The notes beneath the pieces were generated by a model. It ran no database searches, was not told the origin of the DNA, and worked only from the letters and a program-made list of their open reading frames with translations. From assembly GCF_009914755.1 (NCBI RefSeq), contig NC_060936.1: a stretch of 64,000 bases of DNA, one strand, 5' to 3'. The stretch's first letter is position 1. Every line of letters begins with the position of its first letter. The translations under genes and the position numbers were made by a program. The DNA comes from the human T2T-CHM13v2.0 reference genome, Homo sapiens. Positions 39,949-53,799 of the stretch are shown here, piece by piece.

Positions 39949-42900
39949 TTATATGAAAGTAAAATACATAGCTGTTCACTTAAAAAAAGTTGAGAGAGTC
40001 AATGGCCAGTAGATCTGCACTGAGAGAAATATTAAAGAAAATTCTTCATGCTGAAGGAAAATGAAACCAGATGGAAATTTAAATCAACAGAAAGATATGT
40101 ACAGGGAAATAGAATTAATAAATACACGAGTAAATATAAAAGAGATTTTTCTCAATTTAAATGTCTTTCAAAGATAATTGACTACATAAAGCAATAATAA
40201 TAATGTGTTTTAGGGTTTGTAACACTCACAGATGTCAACTATATGACCACAATAGCACAAAAGATGAGAGGGAAGAAAAATGAAAGCAAGGCTTTTCGGT
40301 AAAACAGTATTAATATTCTTCAAAGATAGATTGTGATGTTAAAGATACATATTATAAACTCAGAAGAGACCACTGGAAATAAACTAAAATGATATAGCAA
40401 TCAAAACCATGGAGAAGATAGAATGGAACACTAAAAATAATTAAGTAAAAAGAGAGGGGCTAGGAAAGGATGTAAAAAGCAACAAAGAATAGGTAGAAAA
40501 CTAGAAAATAAATAGCAGAATGGTAGATTTTAAAACCAGGCAATTTGATGTTATTTTAAATATAAATCATGTAAAAAGAAGAATGGTTAAAAAGAAGAAG
40601 CTGTCTTAATGGATAATAAAGCAAAACTAAACTAAATACTGCTTGTCAGAAATGCAGTTTAAAAATAAAGATATAGATATGTTAAAAGAAAATACCATAA
40701 CCCAAGTCAAGACTATTTTTAGGAATGCAGGATCCTCTTGTAGATTTTATTTCTGGCCAAGGTGCATTCCTGAGGCCCAGACACATCCCTCCTATCCCTT
40801 TGGCTTGGCAGTTTAAAATTTCCATAGATTTCACCATTCTTTAAATGCTCGCTTTGCCCAAGTTATTAAGATTTGGTTTCTTTTCCATGAGACCAAAATC
40901 CAAGTAATATAGAACGTTAGGAATGTCTACCCACACAGATTTAGGCCCTAACAAAAAGAGTGTTGCCCTGGCTCAAGTCCACCACTTCTACTGTGAGATG
41001 TGTAGAGAATCACTTTCCTAGATGACTGTGCTCTTAAATCATCACAAATAAACCATATTCATTAACACATGAGTGGTTCGATTTCACTTGTAGGCCTTTC
41101 TGCCTTTTGGTCCTATGGAAGGGGTAAAGAGCCGTAGAGATTATGGTTAAGAAAATGGTCTGTGATGAGCTTTGACAAATGATGATTGGGTAAGTAAACA
41201 TGTTATGACAATGCAATTATTTTCTAACAACACTTAATGCAAGTGTGACATTAAGACCAGAGTGATTCATCATTAACTTAAATAAATTAATTTGGACATT
41301 TTGAAGAAAAATCAGAAGAATACGTAAAAAGATAATATTTTAAACTAAAGTGGCTTTGAAAGATTAAATTAGGCTGAATGAAAACTCTCAGATAATAAAG
41401 CCAATTTCAGAGGCAATAGCAGAAATCCAGCTGAACCCTTACATTTTTGTTCACTTCCACAAGGGAATTTATTGACAGAGATTTATAGCCATCCTTGGTG
41501 ATGATGTAATCAACTTACCATTTGTTGATGGGCAGATAATTGCATTCAAATATAAGAGTAGTAATGCTCTAAAGCTACCCAAAGTGTATCACAGGTGCAG
41601 CTACTAAACCCAGCACTCCAGAAAGTGAGTGTTCATGGGCCCTATGCTTATAAAGGTAGAAATTTGGAAAGGACATAGAAACATAAGGGAGAAAAAGAAA
41701 ATGCACACAGTCTTATATTCTTCTATACTAGTAGGATAATAATAGTAATTACCTCAAAATGTTGCTGTGAAAATTAAGAGAGATAATTTATGTTAAAATC
41801 TGAAACATAAGAGGCCCTCCATAAATGTAAGCTATGCTTATTATTAATGTGTCATCTAGTGTCATATAATAGTCTTAGTTTAACTTCCCAGAAGCAAAGG
41901 TAGGATAGCGAACAAGGTTGTACAGAGGGTAACGTTGGCTCAATCCACAGGACAGAGAGCGATGTCCCAGTCTGGACAAGGGAGATGGAATATTTACACC
42001 ATGTTTCCATCAGTCATTGGTTAAAAGCTACCCCTGAGGCACCTACATTCCCAGGCACTTCTGGCAAAGCAGGGTCTGCAGCCAGCCTGGCAGAAGACTT
42101 TCAACAGAGACACAGGTGCTGGCTTTGGGAGGGAAAGCACACTGGGGATGGTGTGCACAGAAATGGTGAAGAGATCTGAGGGATACGGATGGAGCGTCTA
42201 CTACAATTTCCTTTCAGTTTCTTTTCTCTGCTTGCTTATTTTGTTTGTTTATATAGTTGAAAGAACATTATAAAATACATTATATTCCTCATGGAATGTA
42301 ATATCCACAACGGAAGAGCTTTTTGGTTTTTGGGTTTTGGTTTCGTCCCCGGTAGTACTCCTTGACCTGGAACAACGACATGGCTGGCATTCAATAAATA
42401 TTTGTTGAATAAATACAACTTTGTGATCTGCATTTATGGTTCAACATTATATGGTGAAAATCTCTTTCTGAAAATACAGTTCTTATTTTTGTAAAACTTT
42501 CCTCAATACAGCACTCCTAGTTTGTATAACCATTTAGATTTTATATCACTTTTAGCTATCATAAATGCTGTTTTCACAAACTTTCTCGATACAGTCACAG
42601 ATATAGAATTACTGGGTGAGACCATACTCATGATTTTATAAAATGTGGCTTTTCTTCTCTCAGATATTTTGACAAGCATGATCAACAGTATTGACTCTGA
42701 GGTGACCCTGAACTAAATCATTGGCAGCTGAAAATATTAGGCAGATCATATTCTTAACTCAGCCAATTCACTGTAAAGCAATAAAGTTGTCAAAACTTCT
42801 GGTCAGAAGAGGGTCTTGAACTTTCAGTGTATTATATATTTGGAACAAATATGACACATGTCTTAATGACCATCAAGTGTCAAGTCCAAATGCTAGGTAG

Positions 42901-44744
42901 GACTATTTTGATAGTCCTCTGTCCACAGGCATCAAAGCCACACAGGCCAGCAGCTCAGTGTGCCTGAACTGGTTATGTGAAGACACCCACTGACACCAGG
43001 ATTCCCAAGTATTTCTTGTTTGATGAGCAGAGAAGGACAGTATTGCATACTGAAAATGCTGGAGCTTCGTGTCCCTGAAGACAGTGGTGTGTGATTGGTG
43101 GTTTCAGGTCACTCTGATTGTATATTGACTCTGTCCTTTTGATAGCAGCTGCCAGATACCACTTGCAGAGTTTACATCCTGGCATCTTCTCCGCCAGGTC
43201 AGCATGACATTTTTGTTCAAAGGGAGTCATCCCATCTCGGCCTGCTGCATACCACTGGGCTCTGGTGGCTTCGACTCTTTCCCTACCTATTGGAACCTCT
43301 GAGCTGTTCCATTTCTTTCCCGATATGTGCGTGGCTCCATTCATTCAACAATGCAGACACATTTCTGTGAGTTGCATGTCAGATATCCAACCCCCAGCAA
43401 AATCAGGAATGCTACCTTAAAAGAAAAAAAAAAAAGCTATCTATTCTAAGAATGCCTTTCAATTAAAATGTAGGCTAGATTTTCTGGCAGCAGTAGAGAA
43501 ATTAACCAAACTAATTTCATTTTCAGACATCTTATTTTTCAGACTTATGTTTCAGAATCTAGCAATTTATATTTTGAAGTCCTTGAAAATAGGAACTGTC
43601 ATATACCATTTTTATGCATATATGCAAACATAGCGTCTATAGTGTTTTGCATATGAGAAGCTCCTTGTAAATACGTTTCAAGTGAAACAGCTTAATTAAA
43701 GTTTTTTATTTGTTAAAAAAAACTGGATTCCTTTGTGAAATGTGGGCAAAACAGACAGCTGGATGACTGATATTTTTCACTTTTCAGAAAGTACTGGCTT
43801 TGTGTCGAAAGGACTTTGGTCTTTTAGGTCTAATTCCATCTGCGGCACTCTAAGCACTATTTCAATTGCCCCTTTCAACCGGCCTCGAAAAATTCCATGA
43901 AGTTGAGTCCTGGCTAAGCTTTTAGATTGCTTTATGGCATTCTTTCCTTTCTTTGCACAGGTTGTCAGCATGTACTTTTTCTAAGCTTAAATAAACTACT
44001 TCTTTGCTTATAAGAAGTCATGTACAGTATATTGTACTTCTCAAGGGTAATATTCATCCTTCTGGATATATTCCCCAAATGAGAGAACTGTAAACATCTG
44101 TTTCTGGCAAGCTAAGAAAGAGAAGCGATGTCAGAGCCAGCAACTTGCTTCCTATGGGAATAATTTCGGGTTTGTACACCTCCTTGACTGTTAATTTATA
44201 AACATGCTAACTATATTATTCTCCCCATCAAAAATTCATGCCAGCTTTGAGCAGTCTTATGGAAACAAAAACAACATATAATAATCTAGAATCAAATTCT
44301 CAAGTTTCCATTAAGTGGAGTAGAGGTCAAGGAAAATTTAGCAAATGTTATATTGTCTCATGCATTGCAAATCTAAATTATGTACAAATAGCATAAATAG
44401 AGTTTATACTACAGAAGTAAATTATCTTGCTCATATCATCTCCAGATAGAATAAGAAAACCCAGACAGAAGTGGCCAGCAACTAGTGATACTGGTTAGAA
44501 AGGGGCTGGAAAGCTGAGTGTGCAAGATGAAGTCTGATTATTGAGGACCAGATCACTACTAAATTGTGAGAGCAGCCAGGATTTGAAACCCTGGGTCTGG
44601 GCCAGGTGTGTGGAGCTTGCAGGTCTTGGTAACCAAAGAAAGACAAAGGAAATAAAGGCCAGAAACCAGTCAAGGAAAGTCTGAGCAGACAGTTTTCTTA
44701 GAAATGAAGCAATAGAGAAGGCGAGGGAGTTTGAGGCCATATAA

Positions 44745-44866
44745 GTTTTTTAATTAGTTAATTTATTTTTTAATTGACAACCAAATATATATATATTTAT
44801 AACCTACAACATGATATTTTGATATATGTACACATTATGTAATGGCTAAATAGAGCTAATTACCAT
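44745..44866 (-). mobile_element. Short L1MA 3'-end fragment
   Basis: tttttaattgac...tacaacatgatattttgatatatgtacacatt matches the recalled antisense L1MA tail. Confidence 0.7.
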
Positions 44867-45834
44867 CAAGTTTCTAACTGAAACAGCAAAGTCGGTTTGA
44901 TTCTAACACTATGATTTTTTTTTTCTAATGGGGCATGATCATAGGAGCGAAAAGGAAGAGGCAATGGCAGCTAGAGCGAAAGTGAGATGCTCTTTGGGAC
45001 ACATCAGAACTAGAAACTAGACACAGTGGGAGAGAGGGCCAGACTTGGAGTATCAACAGTCTCTTGGAGGAGGTCCCAGCAGCTGGGGAAGTCCAAAAAG
45101 ATGGCAGAACCTGCCGTCCAGGGGACTTGGCGACAGGTAGAAGCTGGAGGTCCAGGTGGGCAGGTGGTGCATATAGGAGGGCCAGAGGTGAGCAGTACCT
45201 GGCTCCCTGGCAGGTGGGCAGAGCACAGGAAAAGGGCATGTTGACAGTAGCAGATAGAGTCCCAGGCGTGAAGAAAAGGGATCAAATGGACACTTCCGTC
45301 TTTAAAACAATTGCAGCTGGCAGGAAGGAACACAGGGAAAAAATGAGAGAGAAGACAAGTACCTGTTTCTTGTAGCCAAGGCACGAAGCTGGGCCTAGAC
45401 ACGTGGAAACAAGGAAAATAAATATTCAGGATCAGAGAGGGGCAAGAAAGAAGGCAAACTTGACGTAAATCCTTAGCACTAGAGATGCTTTGCTTTCTCT
45501 TATCCAAGGACCAAGGGAATCACAGAAACTACAGCAAGAGGTACCTTTTGATTGTGAGGGTAGAAAAATTGTTAAGAGGCCCCAGACACAGAGTTGGGAG
45601 ATGCAGGATGCAGCGAGACAGATAGTACACAGACCTAAAGTGGAACAGGGATAGGAAATAGAGCCAAGAGGAAGTCTTACAGTGTCCCCCTAATGCAATG
45701 GTGTCCTCAGTTCTAATCTGGATCCCAGATTTGTAGCAACAGATGCAGTGGAGTACTCAGGAATTTGCAGGAGCATATGTGCAATCTCTGGGTTCCTGTT
45801 GTTTTTCTGTTGGTATCTTTCTAATTTATGCTGA

Positions 45835-46800
45835 AAAGTGGTTGATTTAAAACATGTCCTCAAACTCTTTCACACTCCTTCTATCAAGAGGTGGAGCCGA
45901 ATTCCTCTCCCTTTGAATATAAGTGGCCATAAGAGACCTGCTTCTAAAGAATGGAATGTAGAAAGGAGTGACACTGCACGATTTCCCAGGCTATGGTAGA
46001 AAAGTTGATACAGATTCCTTCTGGCTCACTCTTGGAGCTTTTGTGTTTGAAAACTACTCTCTGTGCTGTGAAGGCCAAGTCGCATGGAGAGGTCAGCTGT
46101 GGTTGTTTGATTACAGTCCCCACTGAGGTCCCAGCTAACAGCTAGCATCAACAACTAGACATAAGTGAAGAAGTCTCTGAGATGACTCCAGATTCAGCCA
46201 CCATCTGATTTCAGTTACATGTGAGATCCTGGTAAGATCTGTCTAGCTTAGTTCGGTCAACCCTTAAAACCATAAAATCACAATGATGATGATGATGATG
46301 AATAACTTGTTTTACACCATGAAATTTGGAATAACTTATTACACAGCAGTAGATAACTAGAATGATTTGGATACCTTAAACGGGGGTGCTAATGTAACAA
46401 TAACTGAAACATGGGCATTGGCTTTGGGACTAAACCATAGGCAGATGCTAGAAGGGCCTTGAGGAGGCTGCTGGTGAGGGAATAAAGGAAAGTGAGGAGA
46501 TTGATTATTGGATGCTGATGGAAAGATACTTGCTACATAGCAGCAAAACTTTTAACAGCACTGTTGCTTACAGTAATATAAAAAATAGAAATGTACCCAA
46601 TGAGTTAGATAATTTAGCTAAAGAGGTTTCCAGAGTGTGAAAGTTGCCTCCCAGCTTCTCTAGCTGCCCATAATAAAATGAAACAGGAGAGAGATGAACT
46701 AAAAGCAAAACCAAAACCAAGAACAACACCCCCAAAACTGTTAAGTATATCACAAATGAGCCACAACTTGCTGGGTTCAAAAATAAAGCTGTTGTCTCAT
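45835..46800 (+). mobile_element. MLT1 (G/H-like) LTR plus start of internal region
   Basis: cctcaaactctttcacactcc...gaggtggagcc...; LTR end acacagcagtagataactaga followed by MaLR-internal-like ggctttgggact. Confidence 0.6.
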
Positions 46801-46889
46801 TTCCAGCTTCTCCAGGTGGTAAATGTTTTCTCTTGCCATTTTGTTCAATTTCAAAGAGATCATATCCAATCTTCCTAATTAAATATAAC

Positions 46890-48915
46890 AATAGCTGGCT
46901 TTCTTAGATGACCTTTATTAGGTCAAGGAAATTTCCTTCTATTCCTAGTATGCAGAGAATTTCTAATGTGATTGAGTACAATGTTTTGTCTAATATATTT
47001 TTTTTCATCCATTGAGGGACTTGTTTCATATTGTTAAAAACTAAAAGTTTGCTAATAGGTGGGCTGTATTCAGTGATTTCCAGATGTTAAATCAGCCTTC
47101 CGTTCTTGAGTTAAACCCAATTCAATAATGTTGTATTATCCTTTAATATATATATTGTTGCATTCAATTGGGTAAAATTATGTTATGAATTTTGGAGTCT
47201 ATGTTAATAAGGGCTATTGTTCTATGGTTTTCTTGAGATTGTTCTGCCTGGTTATTTTATCGAGGTAATCCTAGCATCATAAAATGTACTAGGAAATGAC
47301 CCCTGCTCTTCTATTTTCTGAAAGAGTTTGTATATAACTGGTATTACTTCCTTAAACATTTAGTAGGATTCATTAGGAAAGCCATCTGAGCCTGTAAACA
47401 TTTGTGAAATTTATAATTACAAATTCAATAGATGTGGGACTATTTAGGTGATCTAATTCTTCTTGAGTGTTCTTGAAAGACAGATATCTTTCAAGATGTC
47501 TGTCCTAGGTGGTCTAACTTGGTGGTACAACATTATTCATTATATTTCCTTATTACTTGCAATGTCTGTAGGTCTTCCAGTTATGTCCCCACAGTCATTT
47601 CTGTAACTGGTAATTTATGCCTTTACACTTCTCTTCCTGATCAGTATGGCTAGAGGTTCATCCATGTTATTGGTCTTTTTAAAAACCTGGCTTATTTAAT
47701 TTTTTCTATTGCTTTTCTATATTTCTTTGACTTCCGTTGTTGCCTATATTATTTCCTTAATTCTGATAACTTTATATTTGTTTCTTTCTTGTTTCTAATT
47801 TATATAATTATTTTTAATATAAACATTTAATGTTATGAAATGACTTCTATGCTACATATTAGAAGTTTGAGAGATCGTATTTTCATTTAGTATTAGTATT
47901 TCTAATTTTACTTGTTATTTTACCTTTGAGTTCTTTAAAATGCTTTTTTAAAATTTCTAAGTATTTGAGGATTGTACAGATTTTTTTTGTTATTGATTTC
48001 TGGTATAATTCTATGGTGGTCACTGAACATACTTTAAATTTATCGGGGCATATTACATTGCCCACAATGTTATCTACTTTAATTAATAGTCCATGAGTAC
48101 TTGAAAAGAATGTGTATTTTGCTGCTGTTGAATTGGATTGGTCTATAACTATAAATCAGTTTAGAGTGCTTTAAAGTGTTGCTCAAGTTGTCTTATCATT
48201 CCTGATATACTGTATAATTGTTCTATCAAATACTGAGAAAGCATGTTGAAATGCCCAACTCTTATTTTGGATTTATTTTTTCTTTTTATCCTGTTAGTTT
48301 TATCTTCTATATGTTTCAGCTCTGTTATTTGGTGAGTAAATATTTAGGATAATTTTGTTCTCTTGATGAATGGCTTCTTTATCATAATGGAATGTTCCTC
48401 CTTAACTCTGGACATAATCTTTGTCCTGAAACCTACTTTGTGATTAATATAGCTGCTCTACATTTCTTTCTATTAGGGGTAGTATAGTATATCTTTCTCT
48501 ATTATTTTACTTCTTGCCTATCTGTGGTTTGATATTTAAAACCAGTTTCTTGTATACAGCATATAGCTGGGTCTTGCTTTTTTTTTTTTTCTTTTTCAGA
48601 TCCAATCTAATCATCTATGCTGTTTTGGTAGAGTGTTTAGATGGTTAAAATGTAATTTAATTAATATTGTTTCTAGGTTTAAACTTGTCATCTTGTTGTT
48701 TTCTATTTGTACTATCTGTTCTTTATTTTCCTTTTCCTCTATTGATATTTGAGTACTTTTTTGACTTCATTTTATCTCCATAATTGGTTTACTAAATAAA
48801 TGCTTTGTTTACTTACTTTTTAGTTATTGCTGCAGGGTTTAGAATATGTATTTTTAATATGTCACAATCTCCTTTCAGATGTTATACCATTTCATTTGTA
48901 TTTTCATTTTCTCCC

Positions 48916-48954
<39 letters not shown>

Positions 48955-50830
48955 TGTGTGTGTGTGTGGCAAAGCAGGAGTGGAGGGGATTGTCCTACAT
49001 TAATTTCTATAGATAGATAGATACATTATCAGGGCCACACACATTGTTATTCGTTTTGGTTTAAACAATAAATTATCTTTTTAAAAACTTTTTTAAGTAC
49101 TCAATATTATTCTGTTCAATTTTCCTACATATTTACTATTATGGTGCTTAGAATTTCTTTGTGAAACCCTAGTTTCTATCTGCTAATATTTTCTTTTGCA
49201 TGAAGAACTTTCCTTAAAATACCTCTAATTCAAATTATCTCAGTTTCTCTTTTTCCCTAGATGAGTGATTATTTACTCTTAAATTATAAAGATTATTTTA
49301 CTGGGTGTAGATAGAATTGTAGACTATTTTTTCTTTCTTTTGGCTATTTCTGACTTTTGACTTCTTTAAAAAGATGTTGCCTTATTTTCTTTATTTTGCA
49401 TAGATGCTGTCAGAAAAAACTACTGTCATTTTTATCTTTCATCATTTGAATGTATTATGTTCTTTGTCTGCTTTAAGGTGTTTTACTCAATCCCTGGTTT
49501 TCTGAAATGTTATGATGATGTGTATTTGTGTGGTTTTCTTTACTTTGGTTTTATTAATTTTCTTTATCTAAAATTTAGTTTTTATCAAGTTTGAAAACAT
49601 TTCAAATATGATTTTTCTTTTCTGTTTCTCTCCGTCCTCCCCTTTTCACCTCACATTCTGGGTCTCTCTTTCCCATACTTACGTTGCACTGTTTGATGCT
49701 GTCCTACATGTCACTTATTCTCTTTTCATTTACTGAGTACTTGTCTGTCTGTGCTTCATTTTGACAAGTTTTTATTCTTATGCTTACAAGTTCACAGGTA
49801 TTTTCTTCTGTGGTGCCTAATCTGTTAATTCCATCTGGTCTATTTTTTATTTGAAATACATTATTTTAATTCTAGACATTCCATTTGGTTTTTAAATCTA
49901 TTTTACATGTCCACCCCCATCATGTTCATTTATTTTCTCTACCATCTTGAGTATATTTAGCATATTTATAATCAGTGTTTTAATGTTTTTTTCTGCTAAA
50001 TCCTTTTATCTGTGTCATTTCTGAGTTTCTATTTATTGATTTTTCTGCCTGATAATAGTTTATAATTTCTGGCCTCTTGTCCTGTCTAGCAATTTTTATT
50101 GGATGCCAGACATTGTATTTTATTTATTAGGTGGTGGGTTTGAATGTTGTTCTTTATAGAGATTGAAATTTTTTATGGTATTCAATTAATTTGTTTGGAA
50201 TAAGTTTAATACTTTTGAGGTTTGTTTTCAAGCTTTGTTAAAGTGATTCCAAAGCAGCCTTTATCTTGGACTAACTTAAGTGCTTTAACTAAGAGGCTGT
50301 CCTTCAGAAGACTCTATAATATTGTCTGTGCATTATGAGTTCTTTTAAGCCTGGCACAAATTCATCCCATCCTGTGTGAGCTGCATAAATTGTCTGATCT
50401 ATTCCCTTCTGGCAGTTCTTTCCTTGATTTAAGACAGTTTTTCCTTGCTATACAGAGATTAGCACACAACCAAAGATTTGAGGAAGTCTCTCTCTTCCAG
50501 TCTATGCTGGTTTCTCTTAGTGTAGCCGTCTCCTTTGTGATACTCTGTGCCAAAAATACTCCACCCAGTTGGTCTCCCCAAACTAATTTCTGTCTCCTTC
50601 TCGGGAAGACTGACAGTGTCTGTTTAGTTTCTGCTTCTTGTAGTGGAAACTGCTTCTAGGCAATAAGCTTGGAAAATCATACAGCTCACCTCCTTTTTTT
50701 CTACTTTTTTTCCAGGAAATGCAGTCTTATATTGCATATTATCTAATGTTGAAACCTATTGTTTCATACTTGCTTCTTGGTTGAATAGCTGTTTAATTTA
50801 AGAAAGCAAATCTGGTGCTTACCATTCTAT
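46890..50830 (-). mobile_element. Old L1M fragment (ORF2 to ORF1/5' region)
   Basis: T-rich antisense L1 hallmarks (aggaaatttccttctattcctagt, ttgaaaagaatgtgtatttt, cagcatatagctgggtcttgc). Confidence 0.8.
48917..48968. repeat. (TG)n microsatellite
   Basis: About 26 TG units with one TA interruption. Confidence 0.97.
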
Positions 50831-51354
50831 GAGAAACAGAAGTGCTGGCCATGTTGATTAAATCTACACTATTTATTATGGCCCCAAAGGCCCGGTGACT
50901 CTGATACCTACCTAGATCTCCATAAGCCCATACAACTTTCTCTTTATCTCAATATTTTGCTGATACATTAACCTCTCTTCTGTTTTTGAAATGAGCCAAG
51001 CACTTTAGGGCTGCTGCCTAGAATGTCCTTCATTCAGCACATCCCATGGATTGCTCCTTGACGTTCTTCAGAACTCAGCTCACTTGTTACCTTACCAGGC
51101 AACATTTCCCAGGTGCTCATTATATCAAAATAAATACTACTCATCATCCCAGTTATATATGCCAGTAATTGTATTTATTAATGTCCAGTAGCTATATTTT
51201 TATTTGTTGTTTTCCTTTACCAAACCAAGGATCTCTTTTACTGTCTTTAATGGTGTTTCTCCAGCAGCACTTAGAACAGTGCATTTCACATAGTAGGCAA
51301 TTAATAGTCATTTTTAAATTGATGCATAAATTACATATAATGAATACTAACATC

Positions 51355-53799
51355 TGCTATGGTTTGACTGTGTCCCCAAAAAGCATGTGTTGGAAACTTA
51401 GTACAGTAATGCTAAGGGATGGGACCTTTAAGAAGTGATTAGGTCATGAAGGCTTCACCCTCATGAATGAACACTGTTACCACTTTGATATAAAAGGCTG
51501 AGTTTGACCTTCTTCTCTCTCTCTTACCTTCTCTTTGTCCTTCCTCCATGGGATAACATAGCAAGATCGTCCTTACTAGATACCGGTCCCTTGATCTTGG
51601 ACTTACCAGCCTCCAGAACCATAGCCAACAAATCTTTACTAATTATAAAGTACTCAGTATGTGGTATTCTGTTACAGCAACACAAAACAAACTAAGACAG
51701 AAAATTGGTACTGGAGAGTGGGTGTAGCTATAAAAAAAAATACTTAAAAATGTGGACATGGCTTTGGGACTGGGTAATGGCCAGAGACTGGAAGAGTTTG
51801 GAGGAGTTGGCTGGAAAAAGACTGTATTACTATGAATAGAGAATTAAGGGAAATTCTGGTGAGGGCTTGGAAGAAAAGGAAAGCTGCAGGGAAAGTCTGA
51901 AACTTCTTAGAGATTATTTATCATGATCAGAATTATGGTAGAAATATGGATGGTAAAGGCAATTAACAAAATTTCCATGGAAATGAGGAACAAGGTGTTG
52001 AAAACTGGAGGAAAGACTATTCTTCTTATAAAGTAGCAAAGAACCTGGCTGAACTGTGTTCTTGACCAAGGGCTTTGTGGAAGGTATAATTTAAGGGGGT
52101 ATCTTTTGGAAGAAATATCTAAGCAGCAAAGCATCCAGTGTGCTACATTGCTTCTTTTAACTGTATATAGTAAAACATGAGAAGAAATTATTTAAAGATG
52201 GAATTTATAATTAAAAGAGAAACAGAACTCAGGGATTTGAAGGATTTTCAGCCTGGAAGAATGGTAGAGAATGACGAAGCATTTTAAGAAGAGGAAACCA
52301 AGGGATTGGCACAACCATTCGATAAGGAAATTAGTATGCATAGAAGGAAGCCAGAGGTTATTCGGCAGGACAATGGAAGAATAACCCTGAAGGCACTTCA
52401 AAGATTACCTATGCCACCCTTACCATCACAGTCCCAGAATGCTAAGGCATGGGGAAGGAAATATGTCTAAAGAAAGGTCTAGGGCACCCTCAGAAGCTTG
52501 GGGCTCACGACCCAGGGCCACTGACAATCTCTGTTGCCACATTCTGGTACAGTGCTCTTTAGCTGCCCAGTCATGACTCAAGAGGGCCCAGGTACAGCTC
52601 AACTACTCCTCCAGAAGGTACAAGCCATGGCATCAATTTGGTGCTAATTCTGCAGGTGTACAGAATGCAAGAGTTGTGGGAGCATGACTTCCTCCACCTA
52701 GATTTCAAAGGATGTTGCTGACAACCTGGGGACCCAGGCAGAGACTTGTCACAGGTAGAGGCACAACAGAGAGCCCCTACTAGGGAAATGCCAAGCAGAC
52801 CTGTGGGGTAAGGACTACCACAAGGTAATGCTTAATGGAACCCCAGAGATGGGCCCTCTTCCAAGACCCCCAAACTGTAAAGGTACCAGTGTGTAAAATC
52901 AGGTTAGGAGGGTTGCAGGCCTGAGATTCCAACCCATGAGAGCTGTTGCATGGGCTGAGCCCAACAACACCATAAGGGTGGGGCTATCTGGGGACATAGG
53001 GGCCAAACTGTCCCCTCAGTGTGTCCAGGAGGTGGTAATGGAGTGAAATATTATTTCGAAGTCTTAAGATTTAATGTTGTCTGCACTGCTGGTTACGGAA
53101 TTACTTGGGGCCTGCTACTCCTTTCTCCCTCCTATTTCTCACTTTGGAATGGCAATATTGATCTGACGCGTGTCCCACAATTGTATTTTGGAAGTAAATA
53201 ACTCATTTTGATTTCACATGCTCACAGAGGAAGGGAATTTACTTCAGAGTGAATTGTGCCTTGAGTCTCACCCACATCTGATTTAGATGATACTATGGAC
53301 TTTGGACTTTTGAGTTGCTGATAAAATAAGTTAATTGGGGCTATTGGGATGCAATAAATGTATTTTGAATGTGAAAAGGACATGAATTTGGGGGGTCAGG
53401 GTGGAATGCTGTTGTTTGAATGTGCTACCCTGAAAGGATGTGTTGAAAACTTAATCCCCAGTTCAATGATGCTAAGGGGTGGGAGCTTCAAGAGGTGATT
53501 AGCCATGAGGGTTCCACCCTCATAAATGGATTAAGGCTGTTATTGAGGGAGTGAATTCATTATAAAAAGCCAAGTCCAGACCCCATCTCTCTCTCTCCCT
53601 CTTTCTCTTTCTCTCTCCTTCTCTGCCTGTCTCTTTGCCCTTTCACCACAAGATAATATAGCAAGAAGATGCTCATCAGACTCCAGCCCCTTGATCTTGG
53701 ACTTCCCAGCTTCCAGAAACATAAGCCAGTAGATTTCTGTTTATTATAGATCACCCCATCTTAGGTATTCTGTTACAGCAGAAAAAACAGATAAAGACA
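51355..53799 (+). mobile_element. Full-length MaLR provirus (MSTC/MSTD-type): LTR 51355-51699, internal 51700-53406, LTR 53407-53799
   Basis: Two homologous LTRs (tgct.t.gtttga.tgtg ... ggtattctgttacagca...aagaca) flank an internal region starting gaaaattggtac and ending in a polypurine tract (gggggtcagggtggaa). Confidence 0.9.

Noticed and set aside
44925-45507. Several overlapping ORFs on both strands (up to 165 aa)
   Set aside because: Locally higher GC and purine skew suppress stop codons; no recognisable protein, probably an ancient LTR relic.
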